A stretch of DNA of 63,994 nucleotides, filler included, from an uncultured Myxococcia bacterium (GTDB lineage: Bacteria; CAZTWC01): NCBI GenBank assembly GCA_964617105.1. It is 4 parts of 4 records of this genome, joined end to end, with 100 filler letters (N's around TTAATTAATTAA, not from the genome) between each part and the next. Parts side by side here need not be neighbours in the genome. Positions count along the whole stretch, not along the records: positions 35,876 to 53,544 come from CAZTWC010000053.1; 3 more parts are not named here. One strand, 5' to 3'. Position numbers and translations under genes: made by a program. The stretch's first letter is position 1, and every line of letters starts with the position of its first letter. Shown piece by piece: positions 39,496 through 51,256 of the stretch. The notes under the pieces are model-generated. The model had not been told where the DNA came from. It worked only from the letters and a program-made list of their open reading frames with translations, and searched no databases.

Positions 39496-41034
39496 ATGTC
39501 GGCGAGAATATCAGTTTTTGATACTACCCTGAGGGATGGAGAGCAGGCTCCGGGATGGGGGATGAACAATGAGGAAAAGATCGCCATGGCCAGGCAGTTG
39601 GCCAAATTGGGGGTAGATGTAATCGAGGCTGGTTTTCCCATCTCTTCCCTGGGTGATTTTGAGGCGGTAAAGCGGATTGCTCAAGAGTTGAAAAATGAGG
39701 GTAGTCCAGCGGTGGCTGGACTGTGCCGGGCCAGCCGTAAAGATATCGACCGGGCCTGGGAAGCCCTGGAGGGAACCTACCGTCCCCGCATCCACACCTT
39801 TATAGCCACCAGCGACATCCATATGGACCATAAACTCTGTCTCAGCCCGCAAGAGGTTTTAGCTCGGGCTCAGAAAGCGGTGGCCCACGCCAGCCAGACT
39901 GGCGGGGAAGTGGAGTTTTCTGCCGAAGACGCCTCCCGCAGTGATTTAGCCTTTCTCAAAGAGATTTTTCAGGCAACTCTGGAGGCAGGGGCGTCAATAA
40001 TCAATATTCCCGACACGGTGGGTTATATCATGCCCGATGAGTTGACGGAAATGATTATTGATTTACGGGAAAATGTTCCCGGCCTGGATCAGGCGGTGAT
40101 CAGTGTTCATTGCCATAACGACCTTGGTCTGGCGGTGGCCAATTCTTTAGCGGCCATCAAGGGGGGCGCCCGACAAGTGGAGTGTACGGTGAACGGTATA
40201 GGTGAACGGGCTGGCAATTGCGCTATGGAAGAGTTGGTTATGGCTCTTAAAACCAGAAAAGATTTTCTCCATTATCATACTGATATTGATACCTGCCAGA
40301 TCTACCCGGCTTCCAGGTTGCTTACCCAATTGACCGGGGTTCCGGTTCAGCCCAACAAGGCCGTGGTAGGCGCCAATGCTTTTGCCCACGAGGCTGGAAT
40401 TCACCAGGACGGGATGCTAAAGGAGAGAAGAACATACGAGATTATGCTCCCTGACGATATTGGTATCAAAACCAACCAACTGGTTTTAGGAAAGCACTCC
40501 GGCCGCCACGCTTTCAAGCAGAAGTTGCAGGAGTTGGGGCTGGATGCGGAACAAATCGATTTTGAGCAGGCTTTTTCCCGGTTTAAGTCGCTCGCAGACC
40601 GCAAAAAAAACGTGTATGACGAAGATGTGGAAGCTATTGCACTAAGCACCTTAAAGAGCAGTGAGCATAAGGTGGTGCTCCTGGAGATGGAGGCCACTAG
40701 CGGAACTCTGGTAAAACCCCAGGCCCGGGTGAAATTAAAAGTGAATGAAGAAATGTTAGAGGCAAAGGGGAGAGGTGATGGTCCTATCGATGCGGTGTTT
40801 AAAGTAATCAAACAACTTACCGGCCATACCGCGGTGCTAATCCGTTTTAATGCAGTGGCCCTGACCTCGGAAACTGATGCTCAGGGCGGGATTACCGTAG
40901 TGCTCAGAGATGGAGACCTGGTGGCAGCAGGCAGCGGTTCCCACACTGATATTATTCTGGCCAGCACCAGGGCCTATATAAGTGCTGTTAACCGGATAAT
41001 GAATCTCAAGAGAAGAGTTAAGGAGCGGCAATAG
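39496..41034 (+). CDS. leuA: 2-isopropylmalate synthase
   Basis: [48 protein letters not shown]; regulatory domain present. Confidence 0.96.
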   Translation: MSARISVFDTTLRDGEQAPGWGMNNEEKIAMARQLAKLGVDVIEAGFPISSLGDFEAVKRIAQELKNEGSPAVAGLCRASRKDIDRAWEALEGTYRPRIHTFIATSDIHMDHKLCLSPQEVLARAQKAVAHASQTGGEVEFSAEDASRSDLAFLKEIFQATLEAGASIINIPDTVGYIMPDELTEMIIDLRENVPGLDQAVISVHCHNDLGLAVANSLAAIKGGARQVECTVNGIGERAGNCAMEELVMALKTRKDFLHYHTDIDTCQIYPASRLLTQLTGVPVQPNKAVVGANAFAHEAGIHQDGMLKERRTYEIMLPDDIGIKTNQLVLGKHSGRHAFKQKLQELGLDAEQIDFEQAFSRFKSLADRKKNVYDEDVEAIALSTLKSSEHKVVLLEMEATSGTLVKPQARVKLKVNEEMLEAKGRGDGPIDAVFKVIKQLTGHTAVLIRFNAVALTSETDAQGGITVVLRDGDLVAAGSGSHTDIILASTRAYISAVNRIMNLKRRVKERQ

Positions 41035-42297
41035 ATGGCTGATACCGCGGTTACCAAGATAATCAGGAATCATGCCCCGGGCCAGGTGGTTAAAGTGGAT
41101 CACATAGTAGAGGTGGAGGTGTCTGGTATCCTGGGAAATGATATTACTGCACCCCTGGCTATAGAGCAGGTAAGAAAGTTTAATCTCCAAAAACTGCCTA
41201 CCCGGGACAGGGTGATGCTGGTGATGGATCATTTTACCCCTAACAAAGATATCAAGTCAGCGGAGCAGGTGCGGATGGTCAGGGAGTTCGCCCGTGAATT
41301 TCAAATAAAGCATTTTTATGATCAGGGACGGGCCGGTATAGAACATGTTTTCTTGCCTGAACAGGGGCTGGTTAAACCGGGGCAAATCATTGTTGGCGCT
41401 GATAGCCATACCTGTACTTACGGTGCTTTGGGCGCCTTTTCCTGCGGGGTGGGCAGCACTGACCTGGCCTTTGCCATGATGACCGGCAAATTGTGGCTTA
41501 GAGTGCCTGCCACTATCAAGGTAAATTTTATAGGTGAGTTGCCAACCTGGATTAGCGGCAAAGACTTGATTTTGCATTTGATATCTAGAATAGGCGTTTC
41601 CGGCGCCAACTACCGGGTATTGGAGATGGGGGGTGCAGTGGTGGAGCAACTCGGTATGGCAGACCGGTTTGCCATGGCCAACATGGCGGTAGAGGCCGGG
41701 GCCAAGGGTGGCTTTTTTCAGGTGGATGATAAAACCCGGAACTATTTAGGTCAGGCAGGTGTTAAAGAGGATTTTCCCACCATTGAGTCGGATCTTCAGG
41801 CTGATTATGAAAGAATAATTGAACTGGATGTATCAGAATTAACTCCCCGAGTGGCTTGTCCCCATTTGCCCGAGAACGTCAAAGGGGTGGAGGAGTTGGC
41901 TGGCGTGAAGATCGATCAGGTGGTTTTAGGTTCTTGTACCAACGGCAGGATTGAGGATTTGAGGGCCGCTGCCGCAGTATTCAAACAACACCAGGTGGCA
42001 AAAAATATGCGTTTTATGGTGATTCCGGCCACACCTTTGGTTTATAAAATGGCTTTGCAGGAGGGGCTGCTGGAGCAGTTTATCCTGGGCGGCGCCATTA
42101 TCTCTCCACCAACTTGCGGACCATGCCTGGGAGGTTTTATGGGTATTCTGGCCAAAGGAGAGAGGTCTTTGAGCACCACCAATCGCAATTTTGTAGGACG
42201 CATGGGGCACAAGGAGAGTGAAATATACCTGGCCAACCCACAGGTGGCAGCGGCCACCGCTGTTACCGGACACATCACTCACCCGGCGGAGATATGA
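41035..42297 (+). CDS. leuC: 3-isopropylmalate dehydratase large subunit (short, archaeal-like class)
   Basis: DHF, GADSHTCTYGA, GSCTNGR, CGPCLG, STTNRNFVGRMG. Confidence 0.93.
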   Translation: MADTAVTKIIRNHAPGQVVKVDHIVEVEVSGILGNDITAPLAIEQVRKFNLQKLPTRDRVMLVMDHFTPNKDIKSAEQVRMVREFAREFQIKHFYDQGRAGIEHVFLPEQGLVKPGQIIVGADSHTCTYGALGAFSCGVGSTDLAFAMMTGKLWLRVPATIKVNFIGELPTWISGKDLILHLISRIGVSGANYRVLEMGGAVVEQLGMADRFAMANMAVEAGAKGGFFQVDDKTRNYLGQAGVKEDFPTIESDLQADYERIIELDVSELTPRVACPHLPENVKGVEELAGVKIDQVVLGSCTNGRIEDLRAAAAVFKQHQVAKNMRFMVIPATPLVYKMALQEGLLEQFILGGAIISPPTCGPCLGGFMGILAKGERSLSTTNRNFVGRMGHKESEIYLANPQVAAATAVTGHITHPAEI

Positions 42298-42319
42298 TAA
42301 TATATAACCTAATAACGAG

Positions 42320-42820
42320 GTGAAAATGCTCGATAAAATCGAGGGAAAAGCCCATATTTTTGCTGATAATATCGATACAGACGTGATTATTCCGGCCCGG
42401 TATCTCAATACTTCTAATCCCCGGGAGTTGGCAGCACATTGCATGGAAGACATAGACAGCAAATTTGTTGAGCGGGTGCAAGAGGGAGATATTATTGTAG
42501 CGGGAGAAAATTTTGGCTGCGGCTCATCCCGGGAACATGCGGTGATTGCTATAAAGTCGGCGGGTATCAGTTGTGTGTTGGCCAAAAGTTTTGCCCGTAT
42601 TTTTTTTCGCAACGCCTTTAACCTGGGGCTGCCGATTTTCGAGTTGCCCTCTGCCGCTAGAATAGAAGCCGGACAACGGCTGGAGATAGATGTGGTAGAA
42701 GGAAAACTCAAAGTGCAGGGAGAACAGCCTGGCCATTACGATATTATCCCTATACCTCCCTTTATGCGTCAATTGCTGCAGGCTGGCGGACTGATGTCTT
42801 ATTTACGGCAGTTGAAATGA
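42320..42820 (+). CDS. leuD: 3-isopropylmalate dehydratase small subunit
   Basis: IDTDVIIPARYL, NFGCGSSREHA, SFARIFFRNA. Confidence 0.94.
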   Translation: MKMLDKIEGKAHIFADNIDTDVIIPARYLNTSNPRELAAHCMEDIDSKFVERVQEGDIIVAGENFGCGSSREHAVIAIKSAGISCVLAKSFARIFFRNAFNLGLPIFELPSAARIEAGQRLEIDVVEGKLKVQGEQPGHYDIIPIPPFMRQLLQAGGLMSYLRQLK

Positions 42821-42875
42821 AACAACTCTGCTCTGGCTGGAAGCCGGATATTGCCGGGTTGACGGAGAGATAGAG

Positions 42876-44006
42876 ATGGCAAAAAAAACTAAGGAAAACA
42901 ATAATTACCAGATAGTTGCCTTGCCCGGAGACGGCGTAGGCCCAGAGGTGATGGAACAGGGTTTGAAAGTAGTGCGTTGGCTATCCGAGCAGTACAGTTT
43001 GTCCCTGGAGGTAAAATTTTGTTCCATTGGCGGCCATAGTATTGACCATCATGGTGTGCCTCTAACCGATCAGGTTTTACAACAGTGTCTTGAAGTAGAA
43101 GCAGTGCTTTTAGGTGCGGTGGGAGGTCCCAAATGGAACCAACTCGATTTTTCTATAAGACCGGAAAGGGGTTTACTAAAATTGCGCCAGGATATGGGGC
43201 TGTTTGCCAACTTACGGCCGGCCTTTATGTTTCCTCAATTGATTAGTGCCTCACCCCTGAGAGAAGAAATTGTGAAGGGCACTGATCTTTTAGTGCTGCG
43301 GGAGTTGATCTCTGGCATCTATTTTGGCCGGCCATCAGAAATAGATGAGCAGAAAAAAAGAGCGGTGGATACTATGATTTACCGGGAAGAGGAGATCCTG
43401 CGCATCGCCCGGGTGGCTTTTGGAATTGCCACTAAAAAAGGGAAAAAACTGGCCAGTGTGGACAAAGCCAATGTGCTGGCCTGTTCACGACTATGGCGCC
43501 GGGTGGTAGATTCTGTGGCCAGCCAATATCCCCAGGTTAAGGTAGAACATCTCTATATTGACAACTGCGCCATGCAACTTTTAAGCCGTCCGGCTCAGTT
43601 CGATGTAATTCTCACCGGTAATATGTTCGGTGATATCCTCAGTGATCAGGCGGGGATGGTAACCGGATCGATCGGTATGCTGCCCTCGGCTTCCCTGAAG
43701 TTTGATCAACAGGGGCAGAGTATAAACGGCCTCTATGAACCAGTGCACGGCTCTGCTCCCGACATTGCCGGTCAGGATTTGGCCAATCCGCTGGCCATGA
43801 TCCTTTCAGTGGCCATGATGCTTCAATATTCTCTGCAACAAGAGGAGTGCAGCCGTTTGGTCAGGCTGGCTGTGAACCGGGTGTTGGACCAGGGATTCCG
43901 CACTGCTGATATTTTTGATAACCAGGATTCGGAGTGCCGGCAAATCGGCTGCAATCAGATGGGAGATCTGGTGGTAAAGGCCATGGAGACAATAGCAAAT
44001 GGATGA
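42876..44006 (+). CDS. leuB: 3-isopropylmalate dehydrogenase
   Basis: LPGDGVGPEV, RPERGLLKLR, VDKANVL, NMFGDILSD, EPVHGSAPDIAG. Confidence 0.96.
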   Translation: MAKKTKENNNYQIVALPGDGVGPEVMEQGLKVVRWLSEQYSLSLEVKFCSIGGHSIDHHGVPLTDQVLQQCLEVEAVLLGAVGGPKWNQLDFSIRPERGLLKLRQDMGLFANLRPAFMFPQLISASPLREEIVKGTDLLVLRELISGIYFGRPSEIDEQKKRAVDTMIYREEEILRIARVAFGIATKKGKKLASVDKANVLACSRLWRRVVDSVASQYPQVKVEHLYIDNCAMQLLSRPAQFDVILTGNMFGDILSDQAGMVTGSIGMLPSASLKFDQQGQSINGLYEPVHGSAPDIAGQDLANPLAMILSVAMMLQYSLQQEECSRLVRLAVNRVLDQGFRTADIFDNQDSECRQIGCNQMGDLVVKAMETIANG

Positions 44007-44028
44007 CAACCTGATAGGTAACTAAACT

Positions 44029-46420
<2,392 letters not shown>

Positions 46421-46469
46421 TTGTGTGAAATAAAACTTAAAATATGTAGCAAAACACTATATATGGTTG

Positions 46470-46498
46470 TTGCAGGTTTTTAGTGAAGTTGATACGAT
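46470..46498 (+). promoter_or_regulatory. Sigma70-like promoter for tldD-pmbA
   Basis: TTGCAG-17-TACGAT with a TG extension. Confidence 0.45.
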
Positions 46499-46522
46499 TG
46501 AATGAAAATTGGTTTAAGATAT

Positions 46523-46551
46523 TTCAAACCGGCATTAAAATGCCGGGAGTT
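46523..46551 (-). repeat. Dispersed palindromic repeat, copy 2 (inverted)
   Basis: Reverse complement AACTCCCGGCATTTTAATGCCGGTTTGAA matches the core of copies 1 and 3; perfect CCGGCAT-TAAA-ATGCCGG hairpin. Confidence 0.75.
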
Positions 46552-46606
46552 AAACCCCAGGCATGAACATTATCAACAACTTATAGTTTATTGGGAGAAA
46601 GATCAT

Positions 46607-48154
46607 ATGAACCACATGAATCGCCGCAATTTTATCAAGGCCGTGGCAGGTGCAAACCTTGTATTAATGGCTCCCCTGTTGCCGGGGTGCAAAAAAGCAT
46701 TGATTAAACCCGTCCCTGTAACTGCCAGTGAAAAATCGCTTCACCCTTTTTGTCAGATTTTTGGGATCAGCAAGGAGAAGGTTGATAAATTATTCAAGCG
46801 GGCGCTTCAAAATGGTGGTGATTTTGCCGATATCTATTTTGAGCATACTACCAATGAAACTCTGAAACTGGAAGAGGAGAAAATCAATGTCGCTTCAGCC
46901 AGTATAGATATGGGAGTGGGCATCAGGGTTGTCAACGGCGATCAGGCGGGCTATGCTTATACCGAATCACTTACTATGGAAGATATGCTGCAGGCGGCCA
47001 CCACAGCCTCCCTTATCGCCAAAACTAAACCCCAGGGGTTGAAACCAGATTATCACAGTATAAAAATAACTCCCAAATATCCGGTAAAAACTTCTCCCAC
47101 CGAATATCCCATTGAAAAAAAACTTCAGTTGTTGCGCCGGGTTGATCGTGCTGCCAGAGTTGCATCTAAAGAGGTTCAGGTAGTGATCGGCTATCATGCC
47201 AATGAGTTTAAAAGGGTATTGCTATTCTGTTCCGATGGGCGGGTGCTGTGGGACGCCAGACCCAAGACTGTCCTGGGTTGTATGGTTACGGTCAAACGGG
47301 GTAACCGGACTGAGCGTAATTTTTTCAGTCAGGGGGGAAGGGTAGAGCACCATTTTTACAACAATAAGCGGCCGGAAAGTATTGCCCGCCAAGCCATAGA
47401 GAGAGCCACCATTTCGTTGGAGGCGGTGATGCCGCCGGCTGGAGAGATGCCAGTGGTCCTGGGGCCAGGTTACTCGGGTATTCTGTTGCATGAGGCCATT
47501 GGACATGGGTTGGAGGCTGACTTCAATCGTAAAGATATGTCCATCTATTCGGGCCGTATTGGTGAAAAAGTGGCCTCAGAACTGTGTACCATCGTTGATG
47601 ACGGGACTATTTCCAACAGCCAGGGCTCGGTTAATATCGATGATGAGGGAGAGGTTAGCCAACGAAATGTTTTAATCGAAAAAGGGGTCTTAAAAAGTTA
47701 TATGCATGACCAGATATCGGCGCGTCACTACAAAATTAAGTCCACCGGCAACGGCAGAAGGCAATCTTTTCGGCACCAGCCCATGCCGCGAATGACTAAC
47801 ACTTATATGCTCAACGGCTCTCACTCCAAGGAGGAGGTGTTTGCCGGTATTGAACGGGGAATCTACGCCATAGATTTCACCAACGGCCAGGTTAATATCG
47901 GTCCGGGCGATTATACTTTTTTCGTAAACTATGGTTATCTCATAGAAAAGGGCAAAATAACTAGCCCCATCAAGGATGTTAATATAATCGGCAATGGCCC
48001 TAAATCTCTCAGCCGGGTTGACCGGGTAGGTAATGATATGTTTATACCGGAATCTGGTCGGGGTTACTGCGGCAAAAATGGCCAGCGGGTGCCGGTTAAT
48101 TATGGGGTTCCGCACTTGCGCATTTCAAAAGTTACAGTGGGTGGCCGCCGCTAG
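46607..48154 (+). CDS. tldD: TldD metalloprotease with twin-arginine signal peptide
   Basis: NRRNFIK Tat motif and LPGC; GGDFADIYFE, LLHEAIGHGLEAD, GNGRRQS, PRMTNT, CGK. Confidence 0.92.
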   Translation: MNHMNRRNFIKAVAGANLVLMAPLLPGCKKALIKPVPVTASEKSLHPFCQIFGISKEKVDKLFKRALQNGGDFADIYFEHTTNETLKLEEEKINVASASIDMGVGIRVVNGDQAGYAYTESLTMEDMLQAATTASLIAKTKPQGLKPDYHSIKITPKYPVKTSPTEYPIEKKLQLLRRVDRAARVASKEVQVVIGYHANEFKRVLLFCSDGRVLWDARPKTVLGCMVTVKRGNRTERNFFSQGGRVEHHFYNNKRPESIARQAIERATISLEAVMPPAGEMPVVLGPGYSGILLHEAIGHGLEADFNRKDMSIYSGRIGEKVASELCTIVDDGTISNSQGSVNIDDEGEVSQRNVLIEKGVLKSYMHDQISARHYKIKSTGNGRRQSFRHQPMPRMTNTYMLNGSHSKEEVFAGIERGIYAIDFTNGQVNIGPGDYTFFVNYGYLIEKGKITSPIKDVNIIGNGPKSLSRVDRVGNDMFIPESGRGYCGKNGQRVPVNYGVPHLRISKVTVGGRR

Positions 48155-48166
48155 CGGCGGCCACCC
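48139..48166. terminator. Perfect 28-bp palindrome spanning the tldD stop codon
   Basis: GGGTGGCCGCCGCTAGCGGCGGCCACCC; no U-tract. Confidence 0.55.
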
Positions 48167-48221
48167 CTGCTGTTGGGTTTGTGGGTATAGTCGGGTTTTA
48201 CAATAATAATGGAGAAATTAA

Positions 48222-49547
48222 ATGGAAAAGATATCTCAATTGAAAGATATTGCTAAAAAGACATTGAAAGAGTTGCAAAAGGGGGGCGCTCAACAGTCCC
48301 GAGTGAAGTTAGGTTCGCGCCGGAATTTTAGGCTGACCACCAAAAATGGAGAAACCGAATTGCTAAAAGAGAGCCACAGTTTGGGTCTGGGGCTGACCAT
48401 CTATTGCAACAACCGGTTTGGGGTATTTTCCACTTCTGACATAAACGAGAAATCGATTGAGAACTTTGCCGCCAAGGCCATATCCATGGTAAAACTAACT
48501 GACCAGGATAAAGCCAGGCGTCTACCGGATAAAAAATATACTCAGGGGATCTCTTCTCAGGATTTACAGTTGCATGACCCGGTTATTGCTAACTCTCAAA
48601 AAAAAATTAGCCTCAAACTGTGTGAACAAATTACCCAGGCGGCTAAAAAAGCGGCGCCAGAGGCGGTTAATGTTCAGGCCAGTTATTCTGAGGCTCACCA
48701 TAGAAGTGTGCTTTTGACTTCCCAGGACTTTGAAGGTGACACTGAAGGCACCATGGCTACTTTAGGCGCAACCGTTTATATAAAGGATCAGAAATCCAAG
48801 AGACAGAGCGGCTGGGATTGGCGAACCTGGAGGCATTGGGCCGACATGAAACCTGCGGAAGAGATTGGAAAACTGGCGGCTGAAAGGGCGTTGTCCAGGC
48901 GTGGGGCTGAGCCAACCACCACCGGAAAATATCCAGTGGTTATCGTGAACTATTGGGCCGATTACCTGGTGAGGATGGTGATGCGGGGTATAAGTGGCGC
49001 CACGGTTTTTCGGAAGATGAGTTGCCTGGGAGATAAAAAAGATAAAATCATAGCCTCAAACTTGCTCACTCTTATGGATGAACCTTTTATTCCCCGGGCC
49101 ATGGGCTCCCGGAAATTTGACGGTGAGGGGATGGTGTCAAATACCATGCCCATCTTAGAAAATGGGGTGTTGAAAAATTATTACTTTGACAGTTATTGGG
49201 CCAGGAAGGCGGGGATAGAACCAACTTCCGGCGGCCCCTCCAATGTCACCTTCAAGTTGGGCAGCCGGCCCGGCCTGGAGATGATCAAAGATCTAGAGCT
49301 GGGAATTTTTATCACCAATTTTATCGGGGGCAATTTTAATAGTGTCAGCGGTGATTTTTCCACTGGTATTATGGGGCACCTGGTGGAAAAAGGGCGTTTG
49401 ACCAGACCAGTTTGCGAGATGAATATTGCCGGCAACCTGCTCACTTTGCTCAAGTCGATTAAAGAGATCGGCAACGATCCATATCCCTATATGGCAGTTC
49501 GTTCACCGGCTATTCGCCTGGCGCCCATCATGGTTTCAGGGGTTTAG
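48222..49547 (+). CDS. pmbA: PmbA/TldE family protein
   Basis: FDGEG, ILENGVL, GGNFNSVSGDFS, EMNIAGN; no HExxH; follows tldD. Confidence 0.9.
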   Translation: MEKISQLKDIAKKTLKELQKGGAQQSRVKLGSRRNFRLTTKNGETELLKESHSLGLGLTIYCNNRFGVFSTSDINEKSIENFAAKAISMVKLTDQDKARRLPDKKYTQGISSQDLQLHDPVIANSQKKISLKLCEQITQAAKKAAPEAVNVQASYSEAHHRSVLLTSQDFEGDTEGTMATLGATVYIKDQKSKRQSGWDWRTWRHWADMKPAEEIGKLAAERALSRRGAEPTTTGKYPVVIVNYWADYLVRMVMRGISGATVFRKMSCLGDKKDKIIASNLLTLMDEPFIPRAMGSRKFDGEGMVSNTMPILENGVLKNYYFDSYWARKAGIEPTSGGPSNVTFKLGSRPGLEMIKDLELGIFITNFIGGNFNSVSGDFSTGIMGHLVEKGRLTRPVCEMNIAGNLLTLLKSIKEIGNDPYPYMAVRSPAIRLAPIMVSGV

Positions 49548-49619
49548 GGCTCCCTTAGAGTGAATTTGCGTACGGCAACTGCCTGAAAAGGATATTTTAA
49601 CAAAAAGACAATAATAAAC

Positions 49620-49648
49620 TTGACCCCCAAACAATTTAACGGTATAAA
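49620..49648 (+). promoter_or_regulatory. Sigma70-like promoter
   Basis: TTGACC-17-TATAAA. Confidence 0.55.
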
Positions 49649-49692
49649 AAATACTCTGGCAACACTATTAAGTTTTTATAAGGTAATTCAAA

Positions 49693-50712
49693 TTGCGTAA
49701 GATAATAATATTTTTATTTGTTTCTATTCTTTTTAATGGCCAAATGGCTCTGGCAATAAGTGAAGATAATTTTCAGGAAGAGTATAAGAATAAGGTTATA
49801 CCCTATTTTCTCAACCAGGGTAAATTTGGCACCTTTGATGGAGTAAAGGGGATAAAAATTAAATATGCCGCCTTTGAGCGTAAAGATGAAGATTGCGCTT
49901 TGGTTTTTCTAACCGGCAGAAATGAATGTGTTTTTAAGTATGCCGAGATTTTTTACGATTTGCAGGATTTTTCCTGTTCCATCTACATCATGGATCACCG
50001 GGGACAGGGCAACTCTGGGAGGATGCTTTCCAATGCCAGAAAGGGCCACGTAGAAAAGTTTGATGATTATCTCGATGACGTTAAACTCTTAATAGAAAAG
50101 GTGGTGAACCAGCGGAGTTATCGGAAAAAATTTCTTATAGGTCACTCCATGGGAGGGATGGTGGCAATTCGGATGGTGGAGAGATATCCCAGGCTGTTTG
50201 ATGCCATGGTGCTTTTAGCCCCCATGATAGAGTTTCTGGGTGCCTCCGAATTAGTATTCTATTTGATAGCCTCAACGAAAGTATTCATTGGTCAGGGTAA
50301 AGATTCTTTTTTAGGCAGTCAAATTGATGTCAATAAAACAACTGAAGATTTTCCTGATAATGATTTAACCGGCAGTTATGAGCGTTATAAAGTTGGTCTG
50401 GATGTAAAAAAGAACCACATGGTACCGCTTTATCCCCTCCCCACTTACAATTGGGTAAAAGAGTCGATTATTGCCACCTGGAATGGTATAAAAGATGTGG
50501 ATAAAATCGAGATTCCCTTTCTGCTGTTTCAGGCGGGAGAAGATACGGTGATAAGTAGATACCGGCAAAACGAGTTATGCCGGCGGGCGAAAAAATGCCG
50601 TAAAATTATTCTGCCCACTGCCAGGCATGAAATAATGATGGAAAAAGACCTTATTAGAGATCCTCTTTTTCGCCGGATTAAGAGATTTTTCCGTATATTT
50701 TTGAGAAAATAA
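49693..50712 (+). CDS. Alpha/beta hydrolase, lysophospholipase L2 (PldB-like), with signal peptide
   Basis: GRNE..KY.E, DHRGQG.SGR, GHSMGG, ARHEI; N-terminal signal ending ALA. Confidence 0.85.
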   Translation: MRKIIIFLFVSILFNGQMALAISEDNFQEEYKNKVIPYFLNQGKFGTFDGVKGIKIKYAAFERKDEDCALVFLTGRNECVFKYAEIFYDLQDFSCSIYIMDHRGQGNSGRMLSNARKGHVEKFDDYLDDVKLLIEKVVNQRSYRKKFLIGHSMGGMVAIRMVERYPRLFDAMVLLAPMIEFLGASELVFYLIASTKVFIGQGKDSFLGSQIDVNKTTEDFPDNDLTGSYERYKVGLDVKKNHMVPLYPLPTYNWVKESIIATWNGIKDVDKIEIPFLLFQAGEDTVISRYRQNELCRRAKKCRKIILPTARHEIMMEKDLIRDPLFRRIKRFFRIFLRK

Positions 50713-50788
50713 TCTGTTCCCATCCCCCCATCCTTCTTTTTGTCAAATTCTGGTATAACTTTTGCATTAAATATTTGGCAGTTACTAT

Positions 50789-50897
50789 TGTAACCTCTAA
50801 AGTTGCAACCTAAGGTGGTTTTCGGACGGCAACTAAACAGTGTACCTTAGGGAATCAGCATGGACACTAACAGCCATATTAGTTTTGAGAGGTTACA
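50789..50897. ncRNA. Candidate structured RNA or miniature inverted-repeat element
   Basis: Perfect pairings TGTAACCTCT/AGAGGTTACA, AGTTGC/GCAACT, CCTAAGGT/ACCTTAGG, AGTGT/ACACT, plus GTT-TTCG-GAC. Confidence 0.55.
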
Positions 50898-50911
50898 TGC
50901 TCGTCATTTTT

Positions 50912-50940
50912 TTGACAAAGCCACAGAGTGGGTTGATAAT
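50912..50940 (+). promoter_or_regulatory. Sigma70 promoter for the HEAT-fni unit
   Basis: TTGACA-17-GATAAT. Confidence 0.6.
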
Positions 50941-50968
50941 AAAAGCTCACCGGCGAGAGGAGGAGAGT

Positions 50969-51256
50969 ATGACTGCCAGAAAGAAAAAGACCACCGAACT
51001 GATCGAATCTCTGGGCGACAATAATTGGTATATCCGTTATTGGGCTACCAACGTTTTGGTGAATATGGGAAGAAAAGCAGTTCCCTTTTTGATTATTGCC
51101 CTGCAAAGTCATAACGAATACGTTCGCAATAATGCGGCCTATGCTTTGGGTATTTTGGGCGATCAAAAGGCTGCTATCCCTTTAAAAAAGGCTCTGGGTG
51201 ATGAATATGACTTTGTCCGGGAAAGCGCCAGAGAGGCTCTATCCCAAATTCAATGA
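50969..51256 (+). CDS. Small HEAT-repeat protein
   Basis: LGDNNWYIR..A, VRNNAAYALG.LGD..A, DEYDFVRESAREAL; GAGGAG RBS and the promoter support ATG 50969 rather than 50840. Confidence 0.85.
   Translation: MTARKKKTTELIESLGDNNWYIRYWATNVLVNMGRKAVPFLIIALQSHNEYVRNNAAYALGILGDQKAAIPLKKALGDEYDFVRESAREALSQIQ

Noticed and set aside
50801-50868. Pistol ribozyme or 6S RNA assignment for the 50.8-kb element
   Set aside because: Element order and conserved nucleotides do not fit pistol; too short and no central bubble for 6S
50840-50968. N-terminal extension of the HEAT ORF given in the ORF track
   Set aside because: Overlaps the structured element and promoter; the RBS supports ATG 50969
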